Origin: Mobula hypostoma
Lineage: Eukaryota
Assembly: GCF_963921235.1 (NCBI RefSeq)
Contig: NC_086097.1
Coordinates: forward strand, 84,632,001 to 84,696,000
Length of the DNA stretch: 64,000 nt
Direction: 5' to 3'
The notes under the pieces were generated by a model, which saw nothing but the letters and a program-made list of their open reading frames with translations, made no database searches and was not told where the DNA came from. This document shows, piece by piece, positions 13,790 to 27,353 of this stretch; position 1 is the stretch's first letter; each line of letters starts with the position of its first letter. The translations under genes were made by a program, and so were the position numbers.

Positions 13790-14640
13790 GTGGTTCCATT
13801 TAATGTCATAGAATATGTACAGTATACAACCTGAAATACTTGTCTTCACAGGCATCCACGTAAAACAGAACTCCAAAAGAATGAATGACAGAAAAACATT
13901 AGAACCCCAAAAACACACTCTCCAGCCCTCCCCCATGCAACCAGCAAAAGTATCAATGCATCAACCTCCCACCTCCCCGCTGCCCGTTTCAGCAAAAATC
14001 GCCAATACCCACCACTCACCAAGCAACAGCAAAACTCCCCAAAGAGATACCACGATCTGCAGTCAACAAAAACTATTGCTTTTCTTACAGTTTGTCATGC
14101 CACAGGCTCTCTCTCTTACTATCAAGGGACAGAGAAGCATCACCCATTTTCACAGTGGAAAGGGAAAGCGACAGTCGCTGTTACAATATTACAGTCTGCT
14201 GCATCGCTTTTTATTCTGAGATTCTCCGACTCAAGAATCAGCAGAAAACTCTCCCCACCTTCAAGAGGAAGAGAGGGAGAGTGAGACCGCTTCACTACAG
14301 CGACCTCTTTCCATGCATCTGGTGCAGTGAAAATCCTGATGTTCCATCTCCTACGACACCTCAATCGGCAACACTGGCCTGGAATCGGTTGTCCACAGGG
14401 CCGCAACCCAGAGGCGCCATCTTTTAAGCCATGCCTGGAGAATGTTGGAAAACAGTCAGCTGGTGAGCTCCAGGTTGTGGAACTCATCTGCTGTAAACTG
14501 CAGTTTGAGTGCCACTTGCAAATCCGGACCTCGATAGAACTTGAACCATCTTGGAAAGGGGAAAAAGGCATTAAGGAGAGGAATTTAAGCTGTTTCCACA
14601 GATGAGCTGAAAGAGGCAGCCACTTGGTGCCATCTTTGTG
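13790..14640 (-). mobile_element. Non-autonomous, non-coding Rex-like element (relatives at about 41055-41590 and 62100-63390)
   Basis: Clear similarity to 62100-63390. Minus strand starts AAGATGGC and ends with a Rex-like 3' terminus; no coding remnant. Confidence 0.55.
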
Positions 14641-14769
14641 GGAACTCAACTTCATTTGCCCCTATGGAAAGAACAAGAAAGAACATAATAAGAATAAACT
14701 AACCCACATCTTCAAAGTTGGGCTCAACAGGTAGACTGAAACTTTTGGAGATGTTGATTATATTTTTAT

Positions 14770-14890
14770 CACAAACAGGAGAAAATCTGCAGATGCTGGA
14801 AATCCAAACAACACACACACAAAATGCTGGAGGAACTCAGCAGGCCAGGCAGCATCTATGGAAAAGAGAACAGTCGATGTTTTGGGCCAC
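14770..14890 (-). mobile_element. PLE-derived short repeat (tail and 3' half of the hammerhead)
   Basis: CACACAAAATGCTGGAGGAACTCAGCAGGCCAGGCAGCATCTATGGAAA...CAGTCGATGTTTTGGGCC. Confidence 0.8.
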
Positions 14891-15813
14891 TTTCAAAATA
14901 GAAGGGAACCAATTGGTTCATCAAGTTTATGCTGCCTCTCAGAGCAATCCCATGCCTTCACTTATTTTCCTGTAACCTATTCTCTGTCATGTGCCCAACA
15001 ACTCCACCCTGCGCTGGAGGTAAGAATCAAAGCTGGGTGCCTGTGAGATAATCTTCAGTGCCATTTGCCAGTCTCACAAGATTGATTTCATTTGCCCATA
15101 GCGTGTGCCACAGCTTGTTCTCTGAATCCTGTCAAAAGCCTTCTGAAGGTCTATGGTTCATCTTGAGTTGGCTTTTCTATTTTCAGCATTTTTCCATAAT
15201 TTTGTAAAGTTCATACATTCGCAGACTTTCCAAAACAAGCTGATTCCTTTCCGAGAATGTTATCAAATGGCTACATCTTATAATCTCACATAAATCTGCC
15301 AAGATACTTGCAATTTATTCCAATCATCGGTTTTGCTATCTTCACTGTAACTCCATCGACTCACTGCACTGAGACTTGTTCCTTCTCCTAGACAAATTAG
15401 AATTATAGTGTCTGGACAGCTGCTACTAACTTAGTATTTATTTTTTTACCATCCCGCATTCAGGTTCTCCTGGAAAGACACAGCCCCATTTTTGAGGATT
15501 TAATGGATTGAAAGATCACTTGCTTTTTAGAGGTTGGTTACAACAACCTGCTCCTGGATGTTTGCTTTTTTTCCAACAGCTCCTTGAAGCATTTCCTTCC
15601 TGCACAATTCCTGATAATTTCCATTTAGTTGGAGGGTGGCCTTGTTTTTCTTTGATGTGCAAATTTCTTGATATCTGCCTACACCGATAAGTTGCGTCAT
15701 TTTGCAAACATTTGCTATTTGTCGCAGGCAGTTGCATCCTCTGCTTGTGTCATGAGGGTATGGATAATATTGTCGTGTGGATGTATTTACTAGGAATTTG
15801 ACCTCCCAATATA

Positions 15814-18800
15814 GCACATTAGTGGCAGACCAATTGATTCAAAGAGAGAGTGAGCTTCACACAGGGCGGGAGAAGAGTGTAAAAAAGGGGCTTAAGAAGA
15901 GTGTTAAAAAAAGGCTTGGCGCATTAGCGGCGGACCAATCAATTCGAAGAGGGAGTGAGCTTCACACAGGTTGGGGAGAAGTGCGCAGACACAGTAGCTC
16001 GTCATTGTGCAGGGATGATGAGAATGCTCCAAAATAAAAAAGGGACACTGTCCAGCAGAGCAGTTGTCGGAGTAGTGCAAGTCAGAGTAGTAGGACTTTG
16101 GCTCATTGGGGCTTCGGCAAGGACAGGTCTAGGCGAGGTCGGTTATTTTTTTTTCCTCCCTCTAGCAAAAATTGTGGGTATGACTGCGAGACCAGTTTTC
16201 TGTTCTGGGTATCAGATGTGGGATGTCCAGGAGACTTCTAACCTTCCTGATGGCCACATCTGTGCCAGGTGCATCGAGCTGCAGCTCCTTAGAGACCAAG
16301 TTAGGGAACAGGAGCTGCAGCTCGATGACCTTCGACTTGTTAGGGAGAGTGAGGAGGTGATAGGTGCTACAGGCAGGTAGTCACCCCAGGGCCACAAGAG
16401 ACAAATAAGTGGGTGACCATCAGGAGAGGGAAGGGAGGCTGTCAGGTAGTGGAGAGCACCCCTGTGGTTGTCCCCCTTAATAATAAGTACTCCATTTTGA
16501 CAGCTGTTAGGGTGGATGACCTACCTGGGGGATGCAACAGCGACCGTGCCTCTGGCACTGAGTCTGGCCCTGTGACTCAGGGGTAGGGAACGGAAGAGGG
16601 TTGCAGCTGTAATAGGGGACTCTATAGCTAGGGGGACAGATAGGCAATTCTCTTGGCACAAAAAAGAAGCAAGGAAAGTAATTTGCCTCCCAGGTGCCAG
16701 GGTTCATGATCTTTCTGAGTGTGTCCAAATATCCTGAAATGGGAGGGTGAGCAGCCAGAGGTCGTGGTACATATTGGTACCAACGACATAGGTAGAAAAG
16801 AGGGCGGAGGTCCTGAAAGCAGAATACAGGGAGTTAGGAAGGAAGCTGAGAAGCAGGAACTGAAAGATGGTAATCTCAGGATCTGTGCCACGCGACAGTG
16901 AGAATAGGAATGGAATGAGGTGAAGGATAAAGGCATGGCTAAAGGACTGGAGCAAGGGGCAGGGATTCAGATTTCTGAATCATTGGGACCTCTTCTGGGA
17001 CAGGTATGACCTGTACAAAAAGGACGGGTTACACTTGAATCTGAGGGGGACCAATATCCTGGTGGGGAGGTTTGCTAATGCTATTGGGGAGGGTTTAAAC
17101 TAGATTTGCAGGGGGGTGGGAACCGAAGTGGAGAGGCAGAGGATTATAGAGACTATTATAGAGCCATTATAGAGACTTGGATGTCTCAGGAGCAGGAATT
17201 ACTGCTGAGTATGCCAGGCTTTAGATGTTTCAAAAAGAATGGGGAGGGAGGCAAAAGAGATGGAGGCGTGGCATTGCTAATCAGGGATAGTGTCACGGCT
17301 GCAGAAAAGGATGAAGTCATGGAGGGATTGTCTACTGAGTCAGTGTGGGTGGAAGTCAGAAACAGGAAAGGGACAATAACTCTACTGGGTGTTTTTTATA
17401 GACCTCCCAATAGCAACAGAGATATTGAGGAGCAGATAGGGAGGCAGATTCTGAAATTGAGCAATAATAATAGGGTTGTTGTGATGGGAGATTTTAACTT
17501 TCCTAATGTTGATTAGCATCTCCATAGCGCAAGGGGTTCAGATGGGGTGGAGTTTGTTAGGTGTGTTCAGGAAGGTTTCTTGACACAATGTGTAGATAAG
17601 CCAACTAGAGGAGAGGCTGTACTTCATCTGGTATTGGGAAATGGACTTGGTCAGGAGTTGCATCTCTCAATGGGAGAGCATTTTGGAGGTAGTGACCACA
17701 ACTCTATCTCCTTCACCATAGCGCCGGAGAGGGATAGGAGCAGAGAATTTGGGAAAATATTTAATTGGGATAGGGGAAATATTATGCTATTAGGCAGGAG
17801 CTTGGGAGCATAAATTGGGAGCAGATGTTCTTAGGGAAATGCATGGCAGAAATGTGGCAAATGTTCAGGGAACATTTGGATGGAGTTCTGCATAGGTATG
17901 TTCCATTGAGGTAGGGAAAGAATGGTAGGGTTAATGAACCATGGTGTACAAAAGATGTAGAAAATCTAGTTAAGAAGAAAAGAAAAGCTTACGAAAGGTT
18001 CAAGAAACTAGGTCCTGTTGTAGCTCTAGAAAACTACAAGGTTGCTAGGAAGGAGCTTAAGAATGTAATTAGGAGAGCCAGAAGGGGCCATGAGAAGGCC
18101 TTGGTGAACAGGATTAAGGAAAACCCCAAGGCATTCTACAAGTATGTGAAGAGCAAGAAGATGAGCCGTGTGAGAGTAAGACCAACCAGGTGCAATAGTG
18201 GAAACGTGTGCAAGGAGTTGGAGGAGGTAGCGGAGGTACTTAATAAATACTTTGCTTCAGTATTCACCAGGGGAAAAAGACCCCGGCAAATCTGGGGATG
18301 ACTTACAGTGGACTAAAACGCTTGAGCATATAGGCATTAAGAAAGGTGATATGCTAGAGCTTTTGAAAAGCATTAAGTTAGATAAGTCACCTGGACTGGA
18401 TGAGATATATCCCAGGTTACTGTGGGAAGCGAGCAAGGAGATTCCTGAGCCTCTTGCAATGATCTCTGTGTCATCAATAGGGAGGGGAGAAGTATCAGAG
18501 GATTGCGGGACTACAAATGTTGTTCCCTTGTTCAACACAAAGAGTAGAGATAACTCAGGAAATTATAGACCAGTGAGTCTGACTTCAATGGTGGGCAAGT
18601 TGTTGGAGAAGATCCTGAGAGGCAGGATTTATGAGCATTTGGAGAGACGTAATCTGATTAGGGATAGTCAAGGGTAGGTTGTGCCTTACGAGACTGATTG
18701 AATTCTTTGAGGATGTAACAAAGCACATTGATGAAGGTAGAGCAGTGGATGTAGTGTACATGGATTTCAGTAAGGCATTTGATAAGATTCTTCATGCAAG

Positions 18801-19903
18801 GCTCCTTCAGAAAGTAAGGAGGCATGGGATCAAAGGAGACATTGCTTTATGGATCCAGAATTGGCTTTCCCACAGAAGGCAAAGGTGGTTGTAGATGGTT
18901 TGAATTCTACATGAAGGTTGGTGACTAGTGGTATTCCGCAGGGATCTATTCTGGGACCTCTCCTCTTTGTGATTTTTATAAATGACCTGGATGAAGAAGG
19001 GTGGATTAGTAAGTTTGCAGATGACACAAAGGTTGGGGGTGTTGTGGATAGTCTGGATGTTTGTCAGAGGTAAGATGCAGAACTGGGCTGAGAAGTGGCA
19101 GATGGACTTCAACCTAGATAAGTGTGAAGTGGTTCATTTTGGTAGGTCAAATTTGAAGACAGAATATGACATTAATGGTAAGACTCTCGGCAGTGTGGAG
19201 GATCTGCGAGATCTTGGGGTCCATGTCCATAGGACACTCAAAGCTGCTGTGCAGGTTGACAGTGTTGTTAAGAAGGTTTATGGTGTGTTGGCATTCATCA
19301 ACCATGAGATTGAGTTCAAGAGCCGTAAGGTAATGTTACAGCTATATAAGACCTTGGTCAGACCCCACTTGGAGTACTGTGTTTAGTTCTGGTCACCTCA
19401 CTACAGGAAGGATGTGGATACTACAGAGAGAGTACAGAAGAGATTTACAAGGATATAGCCTGGATTGGAGAGCATGCCTTATGAAAATAGGTTGACTGAA
19501 CTTGGCCTTTTCTCCTTGGAGCAACGGAGGATGAGAGGTGACCTGACAGATGATAAGGGGCATTGATCGTGTGGATAGCCAGAGGTTTTTTCCCCAGGGC
19601 TTAAATGGCTAACATGAGGGGGCATAGTTTTGAAGTGCTTGGAGACAGGTACTGAGGGGATGTCAGTGGTAAATTTTTCACACAGAGAGTGGTGGGTGCG
19701 TGGAATGCACTACTGGTGGCGGTGGCGCAAGCAGATACAACAGGGTCCTTTAAGAGCCTCTTAGATAGGTACATGGAGCTCAGAAGAATAGAGGGCTATG
19801 CACTAGGGAAATTCTAGGCAGTTTCTAAAGTAGGTTACATGGTTAGCACAACACTGTGGACTGCAGGGCCTGTAATGTGCTGTAGATATCTATGTTCTAT
19901 GTT
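15814..19903 (+). mobile_element. Near full-length decayed CR1 LINE (ORF1 Zn-finger/coiled-coil/SGNH esterase; ORF2 APE-RT)
   Basis: ORF1 motifs HICARC, VIGDSIARG, VVVHIGTNDIG, DGLHLN. ORF2 motifs GVFYRPPNS, MGDFNFP, GGSDHNSI, NYRPVSLTS, YMDFSKAFD, FADDTK, VRPHLEYCV. (TTCTATG)n tail at about 19888-19903. Multiple stops and frameshifts; start of ORF2 deleted near 17140. Confidence 0.95.
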
Positions 19904-19929
19904 CAATACGCCTCACTGCTCTAGTAGTT

Positions 19930-20985
19930 AGAACACAAGAACATAAGAAATAGGAGCCAGAATAGGCCATCTGGCCCGTCCAGCTTGCTCTACCATTCAC
20001 TAAGATCATGGCTGATCTGGCCATGGACTCATCTCCACCAGCTGCATTTTCACCATAACCCTTTAATTCCCCTTCTATGCAAAAATCTATCGAACCTTGT
20101 CTTAAAGATATTTACTGAGGTAGCTTCCGCTGCTTCTTTGGGTAGAGAATTCCATAGATTCACCACCCTCTGGGAAAAGCAGTTCCTCCTCATCTCCGTC
20201 CTAAATCTACTCCCCTGAATCTTGAGGCTATGTCCCTTAATTCTAGTCTCACTTACCAGTGGAAACAACTTTCCTGCCTCTATCTTATCTATCTTTTTCA
20301 TAATCTTATATGTTTCTATAAGATCTCCTCTCATTCTTCTGAATTCCAGCAAGTACAGTCCCAGGCAACTCAATCTCTCTTCATAGTCTAACCCCTTCTT
20401 CTCCTGAATCAATCTGGTGAACCTCCTCTGCACCACCTCCAAAGCCAGTGTATCCTTCAAGTAAGGAGACCAGAACTGCACACAGTACTCCAGGTGCAGC
20501 CTCACCAGTACCCTTTATAGTTGCATTACCTCCCTGCTCTTTAAATTCAATCCCTCTAGCAATAAAGGCCAACATTCCATTTGCCTTCTTGATAGCCTGC
20601 TGCACCTGCAAACCAACCTTTTGTGATTCATGCACAAGCACTCCCAAGTCCCTCTGCACAGCAGCATGCTGCAATTTTTTACTATTTAAATAATACTCTG
20701 CTCTTCCATTTTTTCTTCCAAAGTGGATGACATCGCACTTACCAGCATTGTACTCCATCTGGCAGACGCTTGCTCAATTACTTAACCTATCTATATCTTA
20801 CTGCAGACACTCCATATTCTCTGCAGAATTTGCCTTTCCACTCAATTTAGTATCATCAGCAAACTTAGATACATTACACCAGGTCCCCTCTTCCAGATCG
20901 TTAATGTATATTGTGAATAGTTGCAGGTCCAGCACTGACCCCTGTGGCACACCACTTGTCACTGATTGCCAACCAGAGTAATAAC
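19930..20985 (-). mobile_element. CR1 LINE 3' fragment (second family), tail-to-tail with the preceding copy
   Basis: ORFs with [39 protein letters not shown]. Confidence 0.92.
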
Positions 20986-21139
20986 CATGTATCCCATTTG
21001 TGTGTAACCTCTGGGACAATTTCTTTTAGGGACATCTAGTGTCCGTGGTATTCCATGTACTGGATGTACACTGGGAAAGTGTTGTAAAACAGAGTGACCT
21101 GGAAAGTGGCATTGTAGGAAATTAGGGTGGTGAAGAAGG

Positions 21140-21750
21140 TCTTTGATGTGCTGCTCTTCATCAGTCAGGTCACTGAATATAGAAGTTGGGATGTTACGCT
21201 GCAAGATGCTGGTGGGACTGCATTTAAAATACTGTATTCAGTTTTGGCTCCACTATTATCAGAAAGATGCCATTAAGCTGGAAAAGGTGCGGAAGAGATT
21301 TATGAAGACGTTGTTAGAACTTTAAGACTGAATAATGGAGAGAGATTGAGCAGGTTGGGTCTTTTTCCATTGCAGTGTTGGAGTATGAGGGCTGATCCCA
21401 TAGAGGTGTGCAAAACCGCGAGGTGCACGGATAGGGTGAATGCTAAGTTTTTCCCTCCGATTTGGGGAGTCAAGAACTAGAGGGCAGAGGTTTAAGATAA
21501 GAGAGGAAAAAATTAATAGGAATCTGAGAGGCAACCTTTTCACCTGTAGTGTAGTTAACACATTGAATGACCCGCCTGAGGAAGATATATTAACAACATT
21601 TAAATAATATTTTAACAGATCCATGGATAGGAAAGGTTTCGAGGGATAGGGGCCAAATGTGGGCACATGGTACCATCTTACATGGGAATCTTGGTAGGCA
21701 TGGATCAGTTTGATCAAAGGGTCTGTTTCCATGCTGTACGACCCTATGTA
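21140..21750 (+). mobile_element. Old CR1 3' fragment
   Basis: HLKYCIQFW...IKLEKVRKRF; CR1-type 3' UTR. Confidence 0.75.
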
Positions 21751-21994
21751 ACCCACCCCTTTCTTTTCCCTTACCTATAGCTTCACTGTTCTGTCCATTG
21801 ATTGTTGCCACTTTGTTCTACATGTTACTTTCATCAATGTTACCTTCCTCTGCATCAAGGTTTGCAAATGCCTGTAAGGTTTATGATGCTTCAGAGAACC
21901 CAAGCTTACTGACCCCCTTATTTAGCAGTTCATAGTTATCAGATTCAGCCTGATACCACCCTATCACAGCTACTTTCAGCGTGTTATGATGGAC

Positions 21995-22295
21995 CCAAGT
22001 GGTTAAGGCATCGGTCTAGTAATCTTAAAGTCACTAGTTCGAGCCTCAGCTGAGGCAGCGTGTTGTGTCCTTGAGCAAGGCACTTAACCACACATTGCTC
22101 TGCGACGACACCGGTGCGAAGCTGTATCGGCCATAGTTCCCTTCCCTTGGACAACATTGCTGGCGTGGAGAGGGGAGACTTGCAGCATGGGCAACTGCTG
22201 GTCTTCCATAAACCTTGCCCCGGCCTGCGCCCTGGAAACCTTCCAAGGCGCAAATCCATGGTCTCATGAGACTAACGGATGCCCATATATATAAA
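21995..22295 (+). mobile_element. tRNA-derived CORE-type SINE
   Basis: A-box-like AGTGGTTAAGG, B box GTTCGAGCC, CORE-like GTGTCCTTGAGCAAGGCACTTAACC, AT-rich tail; CpGs largely retained. Confidence 0.8.
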
Positions 22296-23119
22296 AAAAT
22301 GACGAACCCCAAGATCCCTCTGTACATCAACACAGTGAAGTTAGTAAGGCATAATTTGCCTTACACAAAACTATGCTGACTGCAACTACTTAGGCTATGG
22401 TTTTCCAACTGCTCATAAATCCTTTCCCAAAGAATCCCCTCCAAGAAGTTTCCCGTCGCTGACTTGAGATGCAGTGGTCTATATTTTGTGGGATTATTTT
22501 TATTTCCCTTCATGAATAATTGAACGGTATTACCTACCCGCCACTCCTCAAACCTCGCCTGCTGTGACTAGGAAGGTCACGAAGATCTCACCTCCTCAGA
22601 TGTCGCATCTGAGTTGTGACCTCCGTTGGCTTCCTGTTTTCTACATTTTCTGTATGTTCCAAGTTAAACAATTTTGCACTTTTGTTTTTGTGACGAGAAC
22701 TTCATTCTTCACACCATCGGCTTCCTTTCAGCTTTCACCACTGGCGGACACGGACTCCTAAACGACATCATACTGAGCAGCTGTTGGTTTTTTTTTCCAT
22801 TGCTTTTTTCTGATACACATTCATCTATTAGATGAAAACTTTGTGTCTAATCTTAAACCTAGAGGAGTGAGGCGTTTGTTTTATCTGGCTCTAACTCATA
22901 CCAAAGCGAAATTACGGAAACCGGCAGGAGACATTGGAGATCGTCAGACCATGCAAGTTGTCCTATCAAAATAAGGCACAGGTAGCAGGGAGTAGCGAAC
23001 AGCAAAAAAAAATCAGTTCCACTTGAACAATTGTAATGCTCACGTTAAATGGAGTGATTCGTAACTGATCTGAATAAAGGAAATGTTTAACTTTACTTTA
23101 GAATAGGTTGTACAGGCTA

Positions 23120-23215
23120 GCAGCCGGACGGGATTGGTGGTGTACAAGCGGAAGTAGGTGTGCATCGATAAAACGTTTCCCCAGCACCCAAACCCGGTCT
23201 GTGTTTTTCGTTGTC
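23120..23215 (+). promoter_or_regulatory. COX16 proximal promoter / 5' UTR
   Basis: Local CpG enrichment (about 22.7-23.5 kb), reverse CCAAT box ATTGG at 23133-23137 and ETS/GABP-type CGGAAGT at 23149-23155, about 60 nt upstream of the ATG; no TATA box seen. Confidence 0.6.
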
Positions 23216-23266
23216 ATGGACTATCTGAGAGGGAGCAGAACACTGAGGTTCGGGCTGCCGATGCTG
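23216..23266 (+). CDS. COX16: COX16 coding exon 1 (MDYLRGSRTLRFGLPML)
   Basis: ATG in strong Kozak context (gtcATGG), 17 codons ending ...TLRFGLPML (vertebrate COX16 N-terminus is ...TLxYGVPML), then phase-0 donor CTG|gtgaga at 23267. Joins in frame to exon 2. Confidence 0.9.
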
Positions 23267-23411
23267 GTGAGAGACTGTGTGGGACGAGGACAATAAAGGG
23301 ATTGAATGGAGAAATGTATGTTTGTTAGGAGACGCATGTGGGGGATATTTGTGTGTGTTTGTTTTTTGGGAGACACGCATGTGGGGATGTGTGTGTGTAA
23401 GTAAAGTTGTA

Positions 23412-23536
23412 AGCACAAAATAATCTGCAGATACTGGAGTCAAAGCAACACTCACAACACGTTGGAGGAACTCAGCAGGTCGGGCAGCATCCGTGGAAAA
23501 GATCGGTCGACGTTTCGGGCCGGAACCCTTCGTCGT
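23412..23536 (-). mobile_element. PLE-derived short insertion with 14-bp TSD
   Basis: TAAGTAAAGTTGTA at 23398-23411 and 23537-23550; minus strand reads GACGAAGGGTTCCGGCCCGAAACGTCGACCG followed by the family tail. Confidence 0.88.
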
Positions 23537-24159
23537 TAAGTAAAGTTGTAGATGGGCAGAGGAGTCCCCTAGCCCATACATCTCCCCCTTCTGTAGTAAT
23601 TAGTTGATCACATGGTGGGAAGAGATTGACACAGGGACGAGACGAAACACCACTTTGGATTCATAGAAGGTGTACATTGGAATGACTTTTTATTTTGAGA
23701 TACTAAGAAATGGAATTTAAAGGGGTCAGAGGCTACAATGGAAATAAATGTACAAGTAGGAAAGTAAATGACTGTTGGCCTTTATCTGAGACATTGATAT
23801 TCAAAATGTGATACAGATCCTTAATCTGACTTGGCGTGAAATACTGTAACAACCTTCATAAATGAATTTCCTTTAAATGGTTGCAGAAGTTCTCACTGTT
23901 CTCCATTTATTATTCAAGAAAGCAGTTTTCATAAACTTGTTTTACTCCTTTGAAAGATTTGAATGGTGACCTATTAATAGAACGAATCAGCAATTTGATT
24001 GTATTGCTACAAAGAAAGTATCCTTTCTGTTGAGGTAACACTGATTATTAAAATTAGAAGATGGAGCATTTTTCACATTGTGGTGGAACTTCCTGGATTT
24101 GTCCTCCAAAAACCTGTGAATGCATAAAAAAAAATTAGGAGAAGTCTAAACTGTGTATT

Positions 24160-25040
24160 GCAAACAAGAGAAAATCTGGAGATGCTGGAAGTTAAAGTAA
24201 TGCACACAAAATGCTAGAGGAGCTCAGCAGGTCAGGCAGCATCTATAGAAAAGAGGAAGCAGTCAACGTTTCAGGCTGAGACCTTTTATCAGGACTTGCT
24301 CTGCCATTCAGTAAGATTTTGATGTGATTGTGATCTTTGCTCTGTTTTCCTGCTTGATTCCCATGATAAGTCAACAATATAGAAATACAGATACATGAAC
24401 CAGCAGCACACATAAAATGTTGGAGGAATTCAGCAGGTCAGGCAGCATCTATGGATGGAAATAAACAACCAATGTTTCAGAATGAGATCTTTCATCAGAA
24501 CTGGAAAGAAAGGGGCCAGAAGCCAGAATGAGGAGGTGCAGGGGGGAGGAGGAGGAGTATAAGCTGGCAAGTGTTGGATGAGATCAGGTGAGGGGGGAAG
24601 GTGGGTGGGTGGGGAGGGAGGAGTGAATGATGTAAGAGGCTGGGAGGTGATAAGTGGAAGGATAAATGGCTGAAATAGAAGCAATCTAATAGGAAATGGT
24701 TTATTTCTTAAACACAAATGTTTATTCCATAAAAATAGTTTCTTTGCAGGGTGTAGCTATCAACAAAAGTGAATAATCAAAGTGATTCAATGTGTGGTCC
24801 AAAGGACTAATGATATTCATGGCTGCTTTTTGTCTTTGCCACACTTTTGTTCATTGTGTTGTGTGACTCTCCGCAGGCTTTGATTTTCTCTCTCCAAAGT
24901 CCTCTGTATTGTAGTAGCACAAAGATGAGAAAATCTTCAGATGCAGGAAATCTGGGTCTCGGCCCGGGACGTTGACGGTTTACTCTTTTCCATAGGTGAT
25001 GTCTGGCCTACTGAGTTCTTCCAGCATTTTTGTGTGTTCT
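24160..25040. mobile_element. Three PLE-derived short repeats (about 24160-24298 minus, 24405-24700 minus, 24918-25040 partly inverted)
   Basis: Each carries the GCTGGAGGAACTCAGCAGG-type tail and a degenerate hammerhead segment. Confidence 0.8.
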
Positions 25041-25259
25041 GCTGTATTGTTATGGTTCAATTATTGGCTGATGTCTAAATCTGCTTGATCTTAATTTCAC
25101 CCATGGCCTTGACTCTTGTATGTGAAATGCCAAGAACATCATTTTCCCAATATTTTATATTTCCAGTTGTAAAATCTGATTTGTCATATTTTTAATTTGT
25201 ACTTGCTATGAATTCCCATATTCATGCAAATAATGGAAATCTCAGTTGCTTTATAATAT

Positions 25260-26216
<957 letters not shown>

Positions 26217-27353
26217 TAGTATTATGCCAGTGATGATATTACAGCACATGGTTTACACAACATAAAATTTCTTGCTACAGATGATAGAATTCTGAAGTAA
26301 ACAATGAAAACACTGGTAATGCTCAACAGGTTAGGCAGCTTCTATGGAAACAGAAAGTGGGTGAAAATTTTCAGATTCATAACATGTGAGTTAGGAATCT
26401 GAATAGTGGTTGATGTGTCTTGTTCCGCTGGGAGTCTGTGACTAATGGTGTTCTGGAGGGATCTGTACAGGGACCTCTGCTCTTTGAGACGTATCTAATT
26501 TACTTAGCTGAAACTGTGGAATGGTAGGTTAGTAAGCTTGCAGATGACACAAAGTTTGTAGCTGTTATGGCTACTGTAGAAGAGTTCCAAAGGATAAAGT
26601 GGGATATAGATAATTTATGGCACACATCAACTACAGCCATGCAGATAGCCTCAATCCAATATAATTCACCTACTGCCAAAACAGGTCCAAGGCACATGCC
26701 ATCTTCCTGGCCTTAAGCTCATCTCTGGAGCATCTGGATAATAAGGGCACTTATGTTAGACCATTGTTATTGACTACAGATTCACTTTCAATATTATAAT
26801 TCCTAACAAACTCATCTCCAAACTCCTGGATCTGGGACTCAACACCTCTCTTTGCAATTGAATCCTTAACTTCCTGACCAACAGACTGCATTCTGTAAGG
26901 ATAGACAGTAACTCCTCTACTACGATTGTCCTTGACAAGGATGCCACACGACTGCGACCTCAGCCCCTACTCTGCTCCCTAGGCATTCACAACTGCGTGG
27001 TCAGATTCTGTTCTAACTCCATCTACAGATATGCAGATGATATTGCCGCAGTGGACTGAATCTCAAATAACAATGAGTTGGAGTATAAGAAGGGGAGAGA
27101 GAGCCCAGTAGCATGGTGTCACAACAGCAACCTTTCCCGTAATGTCAGCAAAACAAAAGAATTGATGACTGACTGATGATGCAGTGATGCGGTCAGGCGG
27201 TTGAGAGCTTCAAGTTCCTTGGAATGAATATCACCAATAGCCTGCCCTGGTCTAACCATGGAGGTGCCATGACCAAGAAGGCACCTCTGCTTCCTCAGAA
27301 GGATGAAGAAATTTGGCACATTTTACGTTTTACTGTTGGATGCACTATAGAAA

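Noticed and set aside
15814..19903. Active or domesticated CR1
   Set aside because: Numerous stops and frameshifts in both ORFs, and the ORF2 start is deleted.
21995..22070. tRNA gene
   Set aside because: A/B boxes continue into a CORE-SINE body and there is no complete cloverleaf.
22591..22800. Divergent first exon on the minus strand (GAG|gtgaga near 22591)
   Set aside because: All frames close quickly and the donor-like site abuts a decayed CR1 fragment. A non-coding divergent transcript cannot be excluded.
1..23100. SYNJ2BP exons, expected upstream of COX16 from human synteny
   Set aside because: No PDZ-domain or C-terminal transmembrane exon recognised by eye; a tblastn search would be decisive.
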